A stretch of DNA of 60,711 nucleotides from Alkalispirochaeta sp. (GTDB lineage: Bacteria; Spirochaetota; Spirochaetia; DSM-27196; Alkalispirochaetaceae). The position numbers and the translations under genes were made by a program. Location: the NCBI GenBank assembly GCA_048614515.1, contig JBMCMH010000001.1:1-60711 (forward strand), in the 5' to 3' direction. The notes under the pieces are model-generated. The model did no database searches and was not told where the DNA came from. It saw only the letters and a program-made list of their open reading frames with translations. This document shows, one piece after another, positions 1 through 8,961 of the stretch (the first letter of the stretch is position 1; every line of letters begins with the position of its first letter).

Positions 1-79
1 GGAAATGATGACGGTCAATCTCAAGATTTTACCAGAATTTTCACCCATTTCAGATGTCCCTCGTCTCCATGCGTTTCCG

Positions 80-135
80 GTGAATATATGCAGAAAAAAA
101 TGGGTATATACCCATTTTTTTCTGCATATATTCAC
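80..135. repeat. Perfect 56-bp spacer-less palindrome
   Basis: GTGAATATATGCAGAAAAAAATGGGTAT (80-107) is followed directly by its exact reverse complement (108-135); AT-rich, intergenic. Confidence 0.95.
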
Positions 136-238
136 GTCTGACCACATGAAAACGGGAAGTCACGGAGGGAGGAGGGTGAAGATACTTTCACAATATTAAG
201 AAAACTGTTACATTTTTCCTGGTTCAGGAGGCGCGGCG

Positions 239-1114
239 GTGAAAAACCAGCACGACGAGGGCCGGCGGGACGGTCAGTTCGTCCTGTCTACCCCCACGGA
301 GGTAGAGAACGAGCTCCCCTTTCAGCTCATCGGCGCCGGCTGCGATTTTTACCAGTATCCGATCGAGCGGCCCTTTGGGTTTCCCGTGTTCCAATGGATC
401 CAGACGATTCGCGGGCGGGGCGTTCTGGAAGCCCCCTCCCTGCGAGGTGAGGCAGGACCCAACCAAGGGTTATTGCTGTATCCCGATGAAGAGCACACGT
501 ATTACGCCCTGGAAGAGCCGTGGTATGTGCACTGGATCAGTTTTAGTGGGCACCACATTCCCAGCATGTTGCACTATCTGGATATGAACCGTACCGGAAT
601 ATACGGCATTTCCGATAGCACGATCACCGCGTCCCGCATTCGCAAGGCACTGAGCACGTTACAGAGCGATTATCCCCTCCGCGGAATCGATGGGTCGGCA
701 ATTATCTATCAGTTGCTTCTGGATTTTCTCAAGCACATCCAGCATCCCGGGGAAGAGAGTCGAGAAACTGACGTGACACGCCTCAAGCCGGCGCTGGATC
801 TCATTGAGAGTGAGATGCACCGGCCCTTGAGCCTCGAGGACCTGGCGGGTACGGTGGGGGTAACCCCACAATATTTTTGCGACCTCTTCCGCTCCGTGAC
901 AAGCCGCAGACCCACCGAGTATGTCAACCAACGCCGGGTGGATCGCGCGAAAGAACTGTTGCTTCGGGAACCTAAGACGCGGGTACATGATATTGGGCGT
1001 CGCGTGGGGTTTGAAAGCGACAGCTACTTCTCCACCGTCTTTCGTAAATATGAAGGGATCAGCCCGCGGACCTACCGAGAGACCAACGCCGGCAACGCGC
1101 ATTACACCGGATAG
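239..1114 (+). CDS. AraC family transcriptional regulator
   Basis: N-terminal AraC ligand-binding (cupin-like) region; C-terminal double HTH (LEDLAGTVGVTPQYFCDLF...VGFESDSYFSTVFRKYEGISPRTYR); CAGGAGG RBS before GTG. Confidence 0.92.
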   Translation: MKNQHDEGRRDGQFVLSTPTEVENELPFQLIGAGCDFYQYPIERPFGFPVFQWIQTIRGRGVLEAPSLRGEAGPNQGLLLYPDEEHTYYALEEPWYVHWISFSGHHIPSMLHYLDMNRTGIYGISDSTITASRIRKALSTLQSDYPLRGIDGSAIIYQLLLDFLKHIQHPGEESRETDVTRLKPALDLIESEMHRPLSLEDLAGTVGVTPQYFCDLFRSVTSRRPTEYVNQRRVDRAKELLLREPKTRVHDIGRRVGFESDSYFSTVFRKYEGISPRTYRETNAGNAHYTG

Positions 1115-1129
1115 GTCACATCGGTTTCG

Positions 1130-1585
1130 TCAGATAGATTCCGGCGGCTCAATCCTCAGCGTCACTGAAAGACGGTTCCAGGCGTTCATCAGCATAATGT
1201 GGTGAACAAGCCACATCAGCGTCTCTTCCCCCAACACGGCCACCGCCGAATCCCATAGCTCCTCATCTACCCCGCTCCCCGGGGCTACCGTCACGGTGTG
1301 GGCCAGCCGCAACGCGATGGCGGTGGCCCGGTCATAGAGGGAAAGCCAGTCACCGTGTACCACCTCCGCCGCGGGAAGCACCCGGAGCTGCTGCTCCGGC
1401 ACTCCCTCCGCAAGCGCTTTTTCCCAATGCACGGCGATGCAATGGGCGCATCCGTTGAGCTGCGATATGTACACCGCCGTGAGTTCCCGGATCGTCCCCG
1501 GCAGCGCGCTCCTGCGCACCGCCGCGGAGATCGCAAAGAGGTGTTTGGACGGTTCCGGTGTGAGGGCGGCGTAATCCAGGCGCAT
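1130..1585 (-). CDS. Carboxymuconolactone decarboxylase / AhpD-like protein
   Basis: ELTAVYISQLNGCAHCIAVH (AhpD-type CxxC) and C-terminal MNAWNRL motif; starts 14 bp after the htpG stop. Confidence 0.85.
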   Translation of the reverse strand: MRLDYAALTPEPSKHLFAISAAVRRSALPGTIRELTAVYISQLNGCAHCIAVHWEKALAEGVPEQQLRVLPAAEVVHGDWLSLYDRATAIALRLAHTVTVAPGSGVDEELWDSAVAVLGEETLMWLVHHIMLMNAWNRLSVTLRIEPPESI

Positions 1586-1599
1586 CGTGACAGCGCGCC

Positions 1600-3471
1600 T
1601 CAGAGTGCTCGCTGCATCACGCGGTTCAGCCGCTCTACAAAGGTGGCGGGATCTTTGAGCTGCTCCCCTTCCACCAACAGTGCCTGATCCAACAGCAGAA
1701 ACGATGCGTCGGAGAACTGCTCGTCATCCTCCATCGATTTCATCCGTTCCACGATGGGGTGATCCGGGTTGATCTCGAGAATCGGCTGAACATCAGGCAA
1801 GTCGCCCTGCCCCATCGCCTTCATCATCTGCGCCATCTTCATGGTGGGGTCGTTTTCGTCCACCACCATACAGGAGGGACTATCGGCGAGGCGTACCGAG
1901 GTCACCACGTCTTTCACGCGATCACCCAGCACCGTCTTCATTCGTTCGATTACCGGCTTCAGGGCGTCGTCCTTTTTCTTGTCCTTTTCTTCCTTCAGAT
2001 CTTCCCCGGCGTCGGATCGATTGACCGCCTTCAGTTCCACATCTTTGTACGTACCGATCGTGGGAATCACCACCTCGTCCACGTCGTCGGACATGATGAG
2101 GACCTCGATGTCTTTCTTTTTGTACGCCTCGAGCAAGGGCGAGCGGCGCAACGTCGCTTCGTTGTCACCGGTGATGTAGTAGATCGCCTTTTGGTCGGGA
2201 AGCATGCGCTCTTTGTACTTCTCAAGACTCGTCCACCCGTCGGCTTTGGTGCTCTTAAAGCGTACCAGCTCCAACAGCGTGTCACGATTCCCAAAGTCGG
2301 AGTACAGGCCCTCCTTCAGCGGGCGGTTGAACTCGTTTATGAACGTTTCCCACTTCTCCGGCTCTTCCAGCGCGATCCGGGAGAACTCGCCCAGAAGTTT
2401 TTTCACGGAGCTGTCTTTGATCTTGGCCAGGACACGGTTCTGCTGCAGAATTTCCCGGCTCACGTTCAGCGGAAGATCCTCGGAATCGATCACGCCCCGC
2501 ACAAACCGAAGATAGGTGGGCATCAACTCTTTCTCATCGTCGGTGATGAACACCCGCTTCACGTAGAGTTTCACGCCCGGTTTGTAGTCTACCTGATACA
2601 TATCAAAGGGCGCTTTCTTGGGAACGTAGAAGAGCGTGGTATACTCCATCGTCCCCTCCGCCTGGGTGTGCAACGCGATGAGAGGATCTTCCGTGTCATG
2701 GCTGATCGTCTTGTAAAACTCGTTGTATTCCTCGTCGGTGATCTCCGATTTGCTCCGCCTCCAGAGCGCGCCGGCACTGTTGATCTGTTCCGAGGTGGGC
2801 GTCTTACCTTTCTCTTTCCCCTTGTCGTCGTACTCGGTCTTCTCGTAGTGGAGCCAGATCGGGAAGGCGATATGGTTAGAGTACTTCTTGACGATCTGCT
2901 CGATCTGCCAGCGAGAGGCGTACTCCGCCCCCTCTTCACCAAGATGGAGGATCACCGTGGTCCCCTGCGTGTCCCGTTCCGCCTCGGAAATCTCAAAACC
3001 GCTCTTTCCGTCGGAGACCCACTTGTAGGCGGTTTCCTCGCCCGCTTTGCGGCTAATCACTTCTACCCGATCCGCCACCATAAAGACCGAGTAGAACCCT
3101 ACTCCGAACTGGCCGATCAGGTTGCTGTCTTTCTTGGCATCCCCCGTGAGTTGTCCGAGAAACGACTTGGTACCACTCTTGGCAATGGTTCCGAGGTTCT
3201 CCATGAGATCTTCGTTGTTCATGCCGATGCCGTTATCGCTAATCGTCAACGTTTTTTCCTCGGCACCTTCGGAAAACTCAATATCGATGCGCGGTTCAAA
3301 CTGCAACGACTTGAACTGCTCATCAGTGAGCGTCAAATATTTGAGTTTGTCCAAGGCATCGCTGGAATTGGACACCAGCTCCCGCAAGAAAATCTCCTTG
3401 TGGGAGTACAGGGAGTGGATAATGAGGTTGAGAAGTTGGTTCACCTCTGTTTGAAATTCGTGTGTAGCCAT
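1600..3471 (-). CDS. htpG: Molecular chaperone HtpG (Hsp90)
   Basis: FQTEV..LLNLIIHSLYSHKEIFLRELVSNSSDALDK, IGQFGVGFYS, DLPLNVSRE; start set at MATHEF with AGGAG RBS. Confidence 0.98.
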   Translation of the reverse strand: MATHEFQTEVNQLLNLIIHSLYSHKEIFLRELVSNSSDALDKLKYLTLTDEQFKSLQFEPRIDIEFSEGAEEKTLTISDNGIGMNNEDLMENLGTIAKSGTKSFLGQLTGDAKKDSNLIGQFGVGFYSVFMVADRVEVISRKAGEETAYKWVSDGKSGFEISEAERDTQGTTVILHLGEEGAEYASRWQIEQIVKKYSNHIAFPIWLHYEKTEYDDKGKEKGKTPTSEQINSAGALWRRSKSEITDEEYNEFYKTISHDTEDPLIALHTQAEGTMEYTTLFYVPKKAPFDMYQVDYKPGVKLYVKRVFITDDEKELMPTYLRFVRGVIDSEDLPLNVSREILQQNRVLAKIKDSSVKKLLGEFSRIALEEPEKWETFINEFNRPLKEGLYSDFGNRDTLLELVRFKSTKADGWTSLEKYKERMLPDQKAIYYITGDNEATLRRSPLLEAYKKKDIEVLIMSDDVDEVVIPTIGTYKDVELKAVNRSDAGEDLKEEKDKKKDDALKPVIERMKTVLGDRVKDVVTSVRLADSPSCMVVDENDPTMKMAQMMKAMGQGDLPDVQPILEINPDHPIVERMKSMEDDEQFSDASFLLLDQALLVEGEQLKDPATFVERLNRVMQRAL

Positions 3472-3546
3472 TCGTACGACTCCTGAAACTGCGTAATGCG
3501 TAATAAAGAATGAATATGCCGCGGTGATCACCCCGACTGCGGGCAT

Positions 3547-3575
3547 AATATACCGAGGGACGGGCGATACGGCAA
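3547..3575 (-). promoter_or_regulatory. Putative sigma70 promoter of htpG
   Basis: Minus strand TTGCCG-17 nt-TATATT upstream of htpG. Confidence 0.55.
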
Positions 3576-3578
3576 ACG

Positions 3579-3626
3579 GTAGGGCGGTATATAGAATCGT
3601 GTTGCAACACGATTCTATATACCGCC
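3579..3626 (+). repeat. GTAG-footed perfect 44-bp palindrome (REP-like)
   Basis: GTAG (3579-3582) followed by GGCGGTATATAGAATCGTGTTG and its exact reverse complement (3583-3626). The palindrome is certain; REP identity is inferred. Confidence 0.8.
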
Positions 3627-3662
3627 AGGCTGTTGCCGCCGGCCGCCCTCAGCCATTCGGTT

Positions 3663-5099
3663 CTAGGCGTTGGTGAAATCGTAGCGGAGAATTATGCTGT
3701 TCCGGTCCATGTCGTACCGGCGGCGCTTTTCCGCCGGCAAGCGGTCGACACCAATGCGGACAAACCCGATACTCTCAAACCAGTCACTCGTACGGGTGGT
3801 GAGCACAAACACCGCCGCCAGGCGCTGCTCCCGGGCGCGCTCCATAAGGTAGAGCACGATCCGTCGTCCAATTCCCAACTCCTCATAGCGGGTGTCCACC
3901 GCCAAGGCGGCAATTTCCGCCTCCCCGTTGGCATAGGTGTGCAGGGCGCCGCACCCGTGGATCCGCCCATCGGTCTCATGGACCACGTAGTCTTCGGCGT
4001 TGGCCGCGATTTCCTCGGGAGAGCGCGTCACCAACACCCCATGTTCCGCCAGCGGCTGCATAAGTTTGTGCACTTTCCCCACATCTTCCATCCGCATGGG
4101 GCGGATGCTCTGGTAGACGTTGGCATGCACCATCGTACCGACTCCCAGGTCGCTAAACACCTCAGCTAAGGTGACGCCTTCCTGGTCTCCATTCACGATA
4201 TGGATACGCGCAACCCCCTCCCCCGCAGCCAAGTATGCTAACCGGAGGAACTCCAGATGGTCTCGCACCCCCTCATGGTAGCCGCTGGGCTGCGCCGGGG
4301 AGGCGATCGGCCGGGCCTCACCCTCGGCAACTTCGGTGGGGGGCCGCCCGACGCCGGGGAGACGCTCTTCCGGCGAGATCCCGTTCGACTCGAGCACCCG
4401 CCGCGCCTCTTCCACGGTGAGACGGCTAATGCGCCCCTCACTGGTGGACTCGATGTCGGGGGGAAGGGTGAGCGTGTCCGCGCTGAGTCCCATATGGTCG
4501 GTGATGAAAAAGAGCTTTTCCGCTTCCAGCGATACCGCGATGCGGAACGCCAGTTCTCGGGAAGAGATGTTGTAGGGCTTGCCGGTGGCACTCCATCCGA
4601 TGCACGGGAAAATGGGAATGAGGTCTTGTCGAAGCGTAGTGCGCAACAGATCCAGCTGCACCCGCTCCACGACACCGGCCTGCTCATAATCCACGCCGTC
4701 CACCACGCCGATCCCCCGAGCACGCACCCAGTTACCCACTACCGCATTGGTGTTGTGCGCGCTGAGCAGCGTCATGAAGCGATTGGTAACATCAAACGCC
4801 GCCATCTTGATGAAAGGAATCGCATCGGCACCGGCAATCCGAACGCCGTTCTCACGACGCCAATCGACGTGGTACAGGCGAAGCACCTCGTCAATTCTCT
4901 GCCGTGCGCCCGGGACGAGGACGATGCGAATGCCAGCCTGGTGCAGGAGTACGATGTCCTGCACCAGAGCAGTGACCCGGGTATCATCGACGGCGGCGTG
5001 GTCCACATGGATAACAAACGTCTTCCCCCGAAATCGGTGCGCGTATGAGAACACCTGACGGATGAGATCAACCTGATCGATAATTTGTGCGCTCTTCAC
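3663..5099 (-). CDS. argA: Amino-acid N-acetyltransferase (N-acetylglutamate synthase)
   Basis: N-terminal amino-acid-kinase-like domain (FRGKTFVI, LVPGARQRI) plus C-terminal GNAT (FVLTTRTSDWF, R-N-S tail). Confidence 0.93.
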   Translation of the reverse strand: MKSAQIIDQVDLIRQVFSYAHRFRGKTFVIHVDHAAVDDTRVTALVQDIVLLHQAGIRIVLVPGARQRIDEVLRLYHVDWRRENGVRIAGADAIPFIKMAAFDVTNRFMTLLSAHNTNAVVGNWVRARGIGVVDGVDYEQAGVVERVQLDLLRTTLRQDLIPIFPCIGWSATGKPYNISSRELAFRIAVSLEAEKLFFITDHMGLSADTLTLPPDIESTSEGRISRLTVEEARRVLESNGISPEERLPGVGRPPTEVAEGEARPIASPAQPSGYHEGVRDHLEFLRLAYLAAGEGVARIHIVNGDQEGVTLAEVFSDLGVGTMVHANVYQSIRPMRMEDVGKVHKLMQPLAEHGVLVTRSPEEIAANAEDYVVHETDGRIHGCGALHTYANGEAEIAALAVDTRYEELGIGRRIVLYLMERAREQRLAAVFVLTTRTSDWFESIGFVRIGVDRLPAEKRRRYDMDRNSIILRYDFTNA

Positions 5100-5147
5100 A
5101 AACGGTAGCCTACCAGAAACTGAGTGATCGCTCGACTCCCCAGCGCA

Positions 5148-6416
5148 TTAGTAGCGGCCACCGATTCCCAATCCCACACCGATCCACGAGAAGAGTTGCT
5201 CATCTTCCCAAATACCAAACCATGACGAGTGCAGCGAAAGTCGCAGATTCCGCCATATGCCGAAGCCAAACTCCATTACACCTTCAAAGGCGGGGGAGAG
5301 CCCGTCACTCACCAGGACTTCGTCACTGCCATCAGGGGTGGGAACGCGCGTGTCGGCGCGAGTGAGCGCCATACCGCCGGCGCCGCGAACGATAAAGTCT
5401 ACGCCCGACACCGGTCCCACGCTCAATCCCAGAACCCCCATAGCAGGGGTGACGTTGAACTCATAGCTCACATCCTCAAAATCGACGTCGTTCCCGGTGG
5501 TATATACGTGTCCGGCAGATCCGCCCAGCACCAATCCGGAGATGAGCACGTCATTAAAGAGCGCCGAGGCGATCACGGCGGCGCCGAACTCGGTGTCCAG
5601 AACGTCAAACCCATCAAGGGGGATCAGATAACTGCCACGAATATCAAACAGAGCACTCCAGCGCTCATTGGGATCGGTAAGCCGCAGAAACCCGGGAATC
5701 GGGGGCGGCGTTCGGGCAAGGGAAAACCTGAGTTCCAGGTAGTCGTCTGCGTCAAGCCGCACGTCCCGGCGGCCAACCACCTGCTCGAATCCGTCGTCCC
5801 GCCGGCGCACCTCAAACTCATACGCTCCACGCGGCAGCTCGATCTCATCGATATTAGCACCGAGGAGTGCTCCATCGACATACACGTAATACGAAGCGGC
5901 GTATCCGTCATTGGAGAACCGAACGCGCCCAAACCCCGGAAAGAGTCCCGCGATTTCCTCTGCCACCGTCTGCGCGACGTCCTCGACCACGGAAAAACGG
6001 TCTCGATCGAGGGGAAGGTCAAATACCTCGGAGGACGTAAACTCGCTTCCATCCCAGACGTCGGTCTCGACACCGAGACGGCCGTCTCGCCGCGGCGCCA
6101 CGGAAACGAACGCCGTGGGACGCCCGCCGGGCTCAGGCAGCTCGGCAGCGTTGGTCCGAGACAATCGATATCGGCGCTGACTCCGAAAGGTGCCTTCCAC
6201 CGCAGAAAACAGAAGCGCCGTCGCCCGTTGCTCGGACTCAGACAGTGACTCCATCTCGGCAACAAACACCAGATCCACCGCCGGTTGCAGCTCAGCACCA
6301 CCATCACTGGTCTGGGCCCCAACCAGCGCTACGCTGGACGTACCTGCCAACAGGAAAAATAGAACAACGAGGCGAACACTGCCGTTTCCAACAAGCCGGT
6401 TGTCAGGACGCACCAT
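5148..6416 (-). CDS. Exported protein with PEGA-like region and probable C-terminal outer-membrane beta-barrel
   Basis: Hydrophobic signal peptide; YYVYVDG..LG...IELPRGAYEFEVR is PEGA-like; amphipathic strands ending GVGLGIGGRY. Confidence 0.6.
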   Translation of the reverse strand: MVRPDNRLVGNGSVRLVVLFFLLAGTSSVALVGAQTSDGGAELQPAVDLVFVAEMESLSESEQRATALLFSAVEGTFRSQRRYRLSRTNAAELPEPGGRPTAFVSVAPRRDGRLGVETDVWDGSEFTSSEVFDLPLDRDRFSVVEDVAQTVAEEIAGLFPGFGRVRFSNDGYAASYYVYVDGALLGANIDEIELPRGAYEFEVRRRDDGFEQVVGRRDVRLDADDYLELRFSLARTPPPIPGFLRLTDPNERWSALFDIRGSYLIPLDGFDVLDTEFGAAVIASALFNDVLISGLVLGGSAGHVYTTGNDVDFEDVSYEFNVTPAMGVLGLSVGPVSGVDFIVRGAGGMALTRADTRVPTPDGSDEVLVSDGLSPAFEGVMEFGFGIWRNLRLSLHSSWFGIWEDEQLFSWIGVGLGIGGRY

Positions 6417-6485
6417 CGGTCTAAATGTAACACAACCGGCTTTGGTTTGCATCGCTTACGTGATCTTCTTTACACTGTGAATAGA

Positions 6486-7097
6486 ATGAAGATCTCTCGG
6501 TGGTTTTGGGTAGTTTTGGGACTCATGCTGCTGGCCTCGGCCACGCTCCTCACCGTCGGGCTGCGCCGGGTGGGGCAGAGCGTCGATCAGCGCCGTCTGC
6601 AGGCCGCGCAGGAACGGGTGCAACACGTCCAGACGCTGGTGACAACCCGGTACCGATATCGGGACGTGGTGTTTTTTGATCGCCGCACGCACGTCTTGGG
6701 CATTCCCGCCGGACAGCAGGAGGTGTTGTTCTCCATACAAATGGAGGTAGCCGCCGGGGTAGATCTTTCCCAGGGCTTTGATCTCACCCTTGACCGAGAC
6801 GACCGCCGGAGCGTGTTTGTAACGCTCCCCGCTCCGGAAGTGTTGCGGGTAGTCACCGATGAGGAGTCAATTCAGCAATACGTGATCTTGGAACGATTCG
6901 GACGGCTCAACTGGCTCGATGTCTCCACGGAAATACAAGCAGCCAAGGAGCGCAATCGTGATGATGCGATCGAGCGGGGCATCCTGGGTCGCGCCGAGAT
7001 GCACACCCGCACTGTGATCGGGAATCTGCTGCGCACCGTGGGATATGAATCGGTGGAGATCCGGTTTCGTCCGGTAACTGACGGGGTGCGCGGATGA
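6486..7097 (+). CDS. DUF4230-like membrane-anchored protein
   Basis: N-terminal TM helix; V.AGVDLS, VTLPAPEVL and GIL.RAE...I.NLL...GY..V.I.F patterns typical of DUF4230. Confidence 0.75.
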   Translation: MKISRWFWVVLGLMLLASATLLTVGLRRVGQSVDQRRLQAAQERVQHVQTLVTTRYRYRDVVFFDRRTHVLGIPAGQQEVLFSIQMEVAAGVDLSQGFDLTLDRDDRRSVFVTLPAPEVLRVVTDEESIQQYVILERFGRLNWLDVSTEIQAAKERNRDDAIERGILGRAEMHTRTVIGNLLRTVGYESVEIRFRPVTDGVRG

Positions 7098-7810
7098 GAC
7101 GTACGCTCCCCACCGTCCTCACGCTGGCTATCGCGATCGCAGCTGGTGCGCTCTATTTTGGTGGAGCGCGCCTAGCGGAACGCATCTATCGCGTGTCGGC
7201 TTCATCCGGATCGGAGTCGCTCTTCCTCGGCACTCACGATATGGCGGAGTTGGAAACGGTCGCCGTGGTGCATAAGGCGGTATTTCCGCACGACTATTTT
7301 CTCGAGGACACAAACTTCTACGTCCTCCTCGATCGCGTTCGTCGCGCCGATGCACCGGCCCACGAGGCGCTGTCGCCACGGGAGTTGGACCATTTTGACG
7401 CGGTGAATCTCGCTCAGAGTCTGGGCTTGGCTACCGCTCCCGGGCAACCCGGTTTTGTTGTTGTTACTACCACGCTTCGCTATGGATATGATCTGTCACA
7501 ATTGGAAGCGCACCTCCGTTCCGCGCTTGACCATGCAGAAGGTGAGGACCGGCAAGCGGTGACGATCGCGATCCCTCCCGCGCGGCTCCTTTCCCAGGAG
7601 ACGGAAGATCTCTCCCGGGAGTCCTATCCCTATAGCCCTGTCTTTTTGGACGCCGACGGATGGCAGGCGGTTGCAACCTTCGTCTCCGAGCGCCTTCGCC
7701 GGACCGATCCGGATCAGCAGATCATCGCTCAGGCAACCTCCACGGGAATAGAACTGGTGGAGGCGCTTACGGCTCGTCGGGTTCGTTTGATTGCACCTCA
7801 GGAGGACTAA
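7094..7810 (+). CDS. Hypothetical membrane-anchored protein, divergent DUF4230-like
   Basis: ATGA overlap with previous gene; TM helix; ELET, LRYGYDLSQL and IAIPPARLL echo the DUF4230 pattern. Confidence 0.55.
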   Translation: MRRTLPTVLTLAIAIAAGALYFGGARLAERIYRVSASSGSESLFLGTHDMAELETVAVVHKAVFPHDYFLEDTNFYVLLDRVRRADAPAHEALSPRELDHFDAVNLAQSLGLATAPGQPGFVVVTTTLRYGYDLSQLEAHLRSALDHAEGEDRQAVTIAIPPARLLSQETEDLSRESYPYSPVFLDADGWQAVATFVSERLRRTDPDQQIIAQATSTGIELVEALTARRVRLIAPQED

Positions 7811-7862
7811 CCCGTTGCGGTTGCCTCAATCGATACAATTAATTATCATAATATAGAGGAAT

Positions 7863-8378
7863 ATGAATATGACGAGCGCGCGATCGATAGCAGACACGAT
7901 AGAACACTCGCCCCACCCCGTGGTGGTGGAATTCTGGGCACCCTGGTGTGGTCCCTGCCGACAGATGGAACCGATCATCACGGACGTGAGCTCCGCCTAT
8001 GAAGACCGGGTGTCCACGATTCGGGTGAACGCCGATGAGCATCCTGACCTGGCCCGGGATTATCGGATTATGTCAATCCCGACGATGGTGGTCTTTGACA
8101 ATGGGACTGAACGGGCGCGGCGAGCGGGAGCTCAGAACCGAGGTGATCTTGAGGAGCTCTATCGGGCTGCCGCCGCCGGTGAAACCATCGCCGGTATGAG
8201 TCAGCGGGCTCGCTTCTTTCGAATCGCTATTGCCGCTGCGCTGGCGGTCATGGCGCAGGAAATGACAATTCAATGGCCCTACTACCTGGCGGCGGGGGCG
8301 GTGTTTTTCTCCGCAATCCATGATCGATGCCCGGTTTGGCATGCGATTCGACGAGTATTCGCGAAGAATCCGGCGTAG
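7863..8378 (+). CDS. Thioredoxin with C-terminal two-TM (DUF2892/YgaP-like) extension
   Basis: FWAPWCGPC, IMSIPTMVVF; C-terminal hydrophobic hairpin ending DRCPVW. Confidence 0.85.
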   Translation: MNMTSARSIADTIEHSPHPVVVEFWAPWCGPCRQMEPIITDVSSAYEDRVSTIRVNADEHPDLARDYRIMSIPTMVVFDNGTERARRAGAQNRGDLEELYRAAAAGETIAGMSQRARFFRIAIAAALAVMAQEMTIQWPYYLAAGAVFFSAIHDRCPVWHAIRRVFAKNPA

Positions 8379-8381
8379 GAC

Positions 8382-8410
8382 TTGCCATTCCGAAATCGCT
8401 GTGTTATTTT
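8382..8410 (+). promoter_or_regulatory. Putative sigma70 promoter of trxA
   Basis: TTGCCA-17 nt-TATTTT with TG extended -10. Confidence 0.55.
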
Positions 8411-8445
8411 ATATATAGGATTTTTAATATCACTGGAGTGTAACA

Positions 8446-8802
8446 ATGACAGAACATCTCACAAAAGATACCTTTCTAAGCAAAGTTTTCAACTATGAAG
8501 AGAACAAAGAGTGGAAATACGAGGGCGACAAGCCCGCAATTATCGATTTCTACGCCGACTGGTGCGGTCCGTGCAAAATGGTCGCTCCCGTTCTGGAGGA
8601 GCTCTCCGAGGAATACAGCGACAAGCTCAACATCTACAAGATCGATACCGACGCTGAGCAAGAGCTTGCATCAGTCTTCGGCATTCAGAGTATTCCATCT
8701 ATGCTCTTTATTCCCGTTGACGAGAAGCCCCAGATGGCGGTGGGCGCGCTGCCCAAGGACAGTATCAAGCAAGCGATGAAAGATGTCCTCTCAGTTGAGT
8801 AA
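8446..8802 (+). CDS. trxA: Thioredoxin
   Basis: IIDFYADWCGPCK, GIQSIPSMLF; GGAG RBS. Confidence 0.95.
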   Translation: MTEHLTKDTFLSKVFNYEENKEWKYEGDKPAIIDFYADWCGPCKMVAPVLEELSEEYSDKLNIYKIDTDAEQELASVFGIQSIPSMLFIPVDEKPQMAVGALPKDSIKQAMKDVLSVE

Positions 8803-8825
8803 GGATCCCCCCACATCGCCTGCCG

Positions 8826-8856
8826 GCCGTCTCGATTACTCGGGGCGGCTTTTTTT
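8826..8856 (+). terminator. Rho-independent terminator after trxA
   Basis: GCCGTCTCGA...TCGGGGCGGC stem followed by T7. Confidence 0.8.
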
Positions 8857-8961
8857 GGTCCGTTTCACGGGAGATGGTTCCTCTCGCGGGAGAGGCGTGC
8901 TCTGCCACCGATCCCGCGCGTCCCTCCAGAATAAGAGATCGATTCCAAAGACCGAGGTCGG

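Noticed and set aside
5-199. 64-aa ORF spanning the 56-bp palindrome
   Set aside because: No recognisable features; the region looks like AT-rich regulatory DNA.
1759-3486. 575-aa plus-strand ORF antisense to htpG
   Set aside because: Shadow frame caused by codon bias of a conserved gene; no motifs and no RBS.
3472-3662. CIRCE element upstream of htpG
   Set aside because: TTAGCACTC-N9-GAGTGCTAA is not present; the palindrome here is unrelated.
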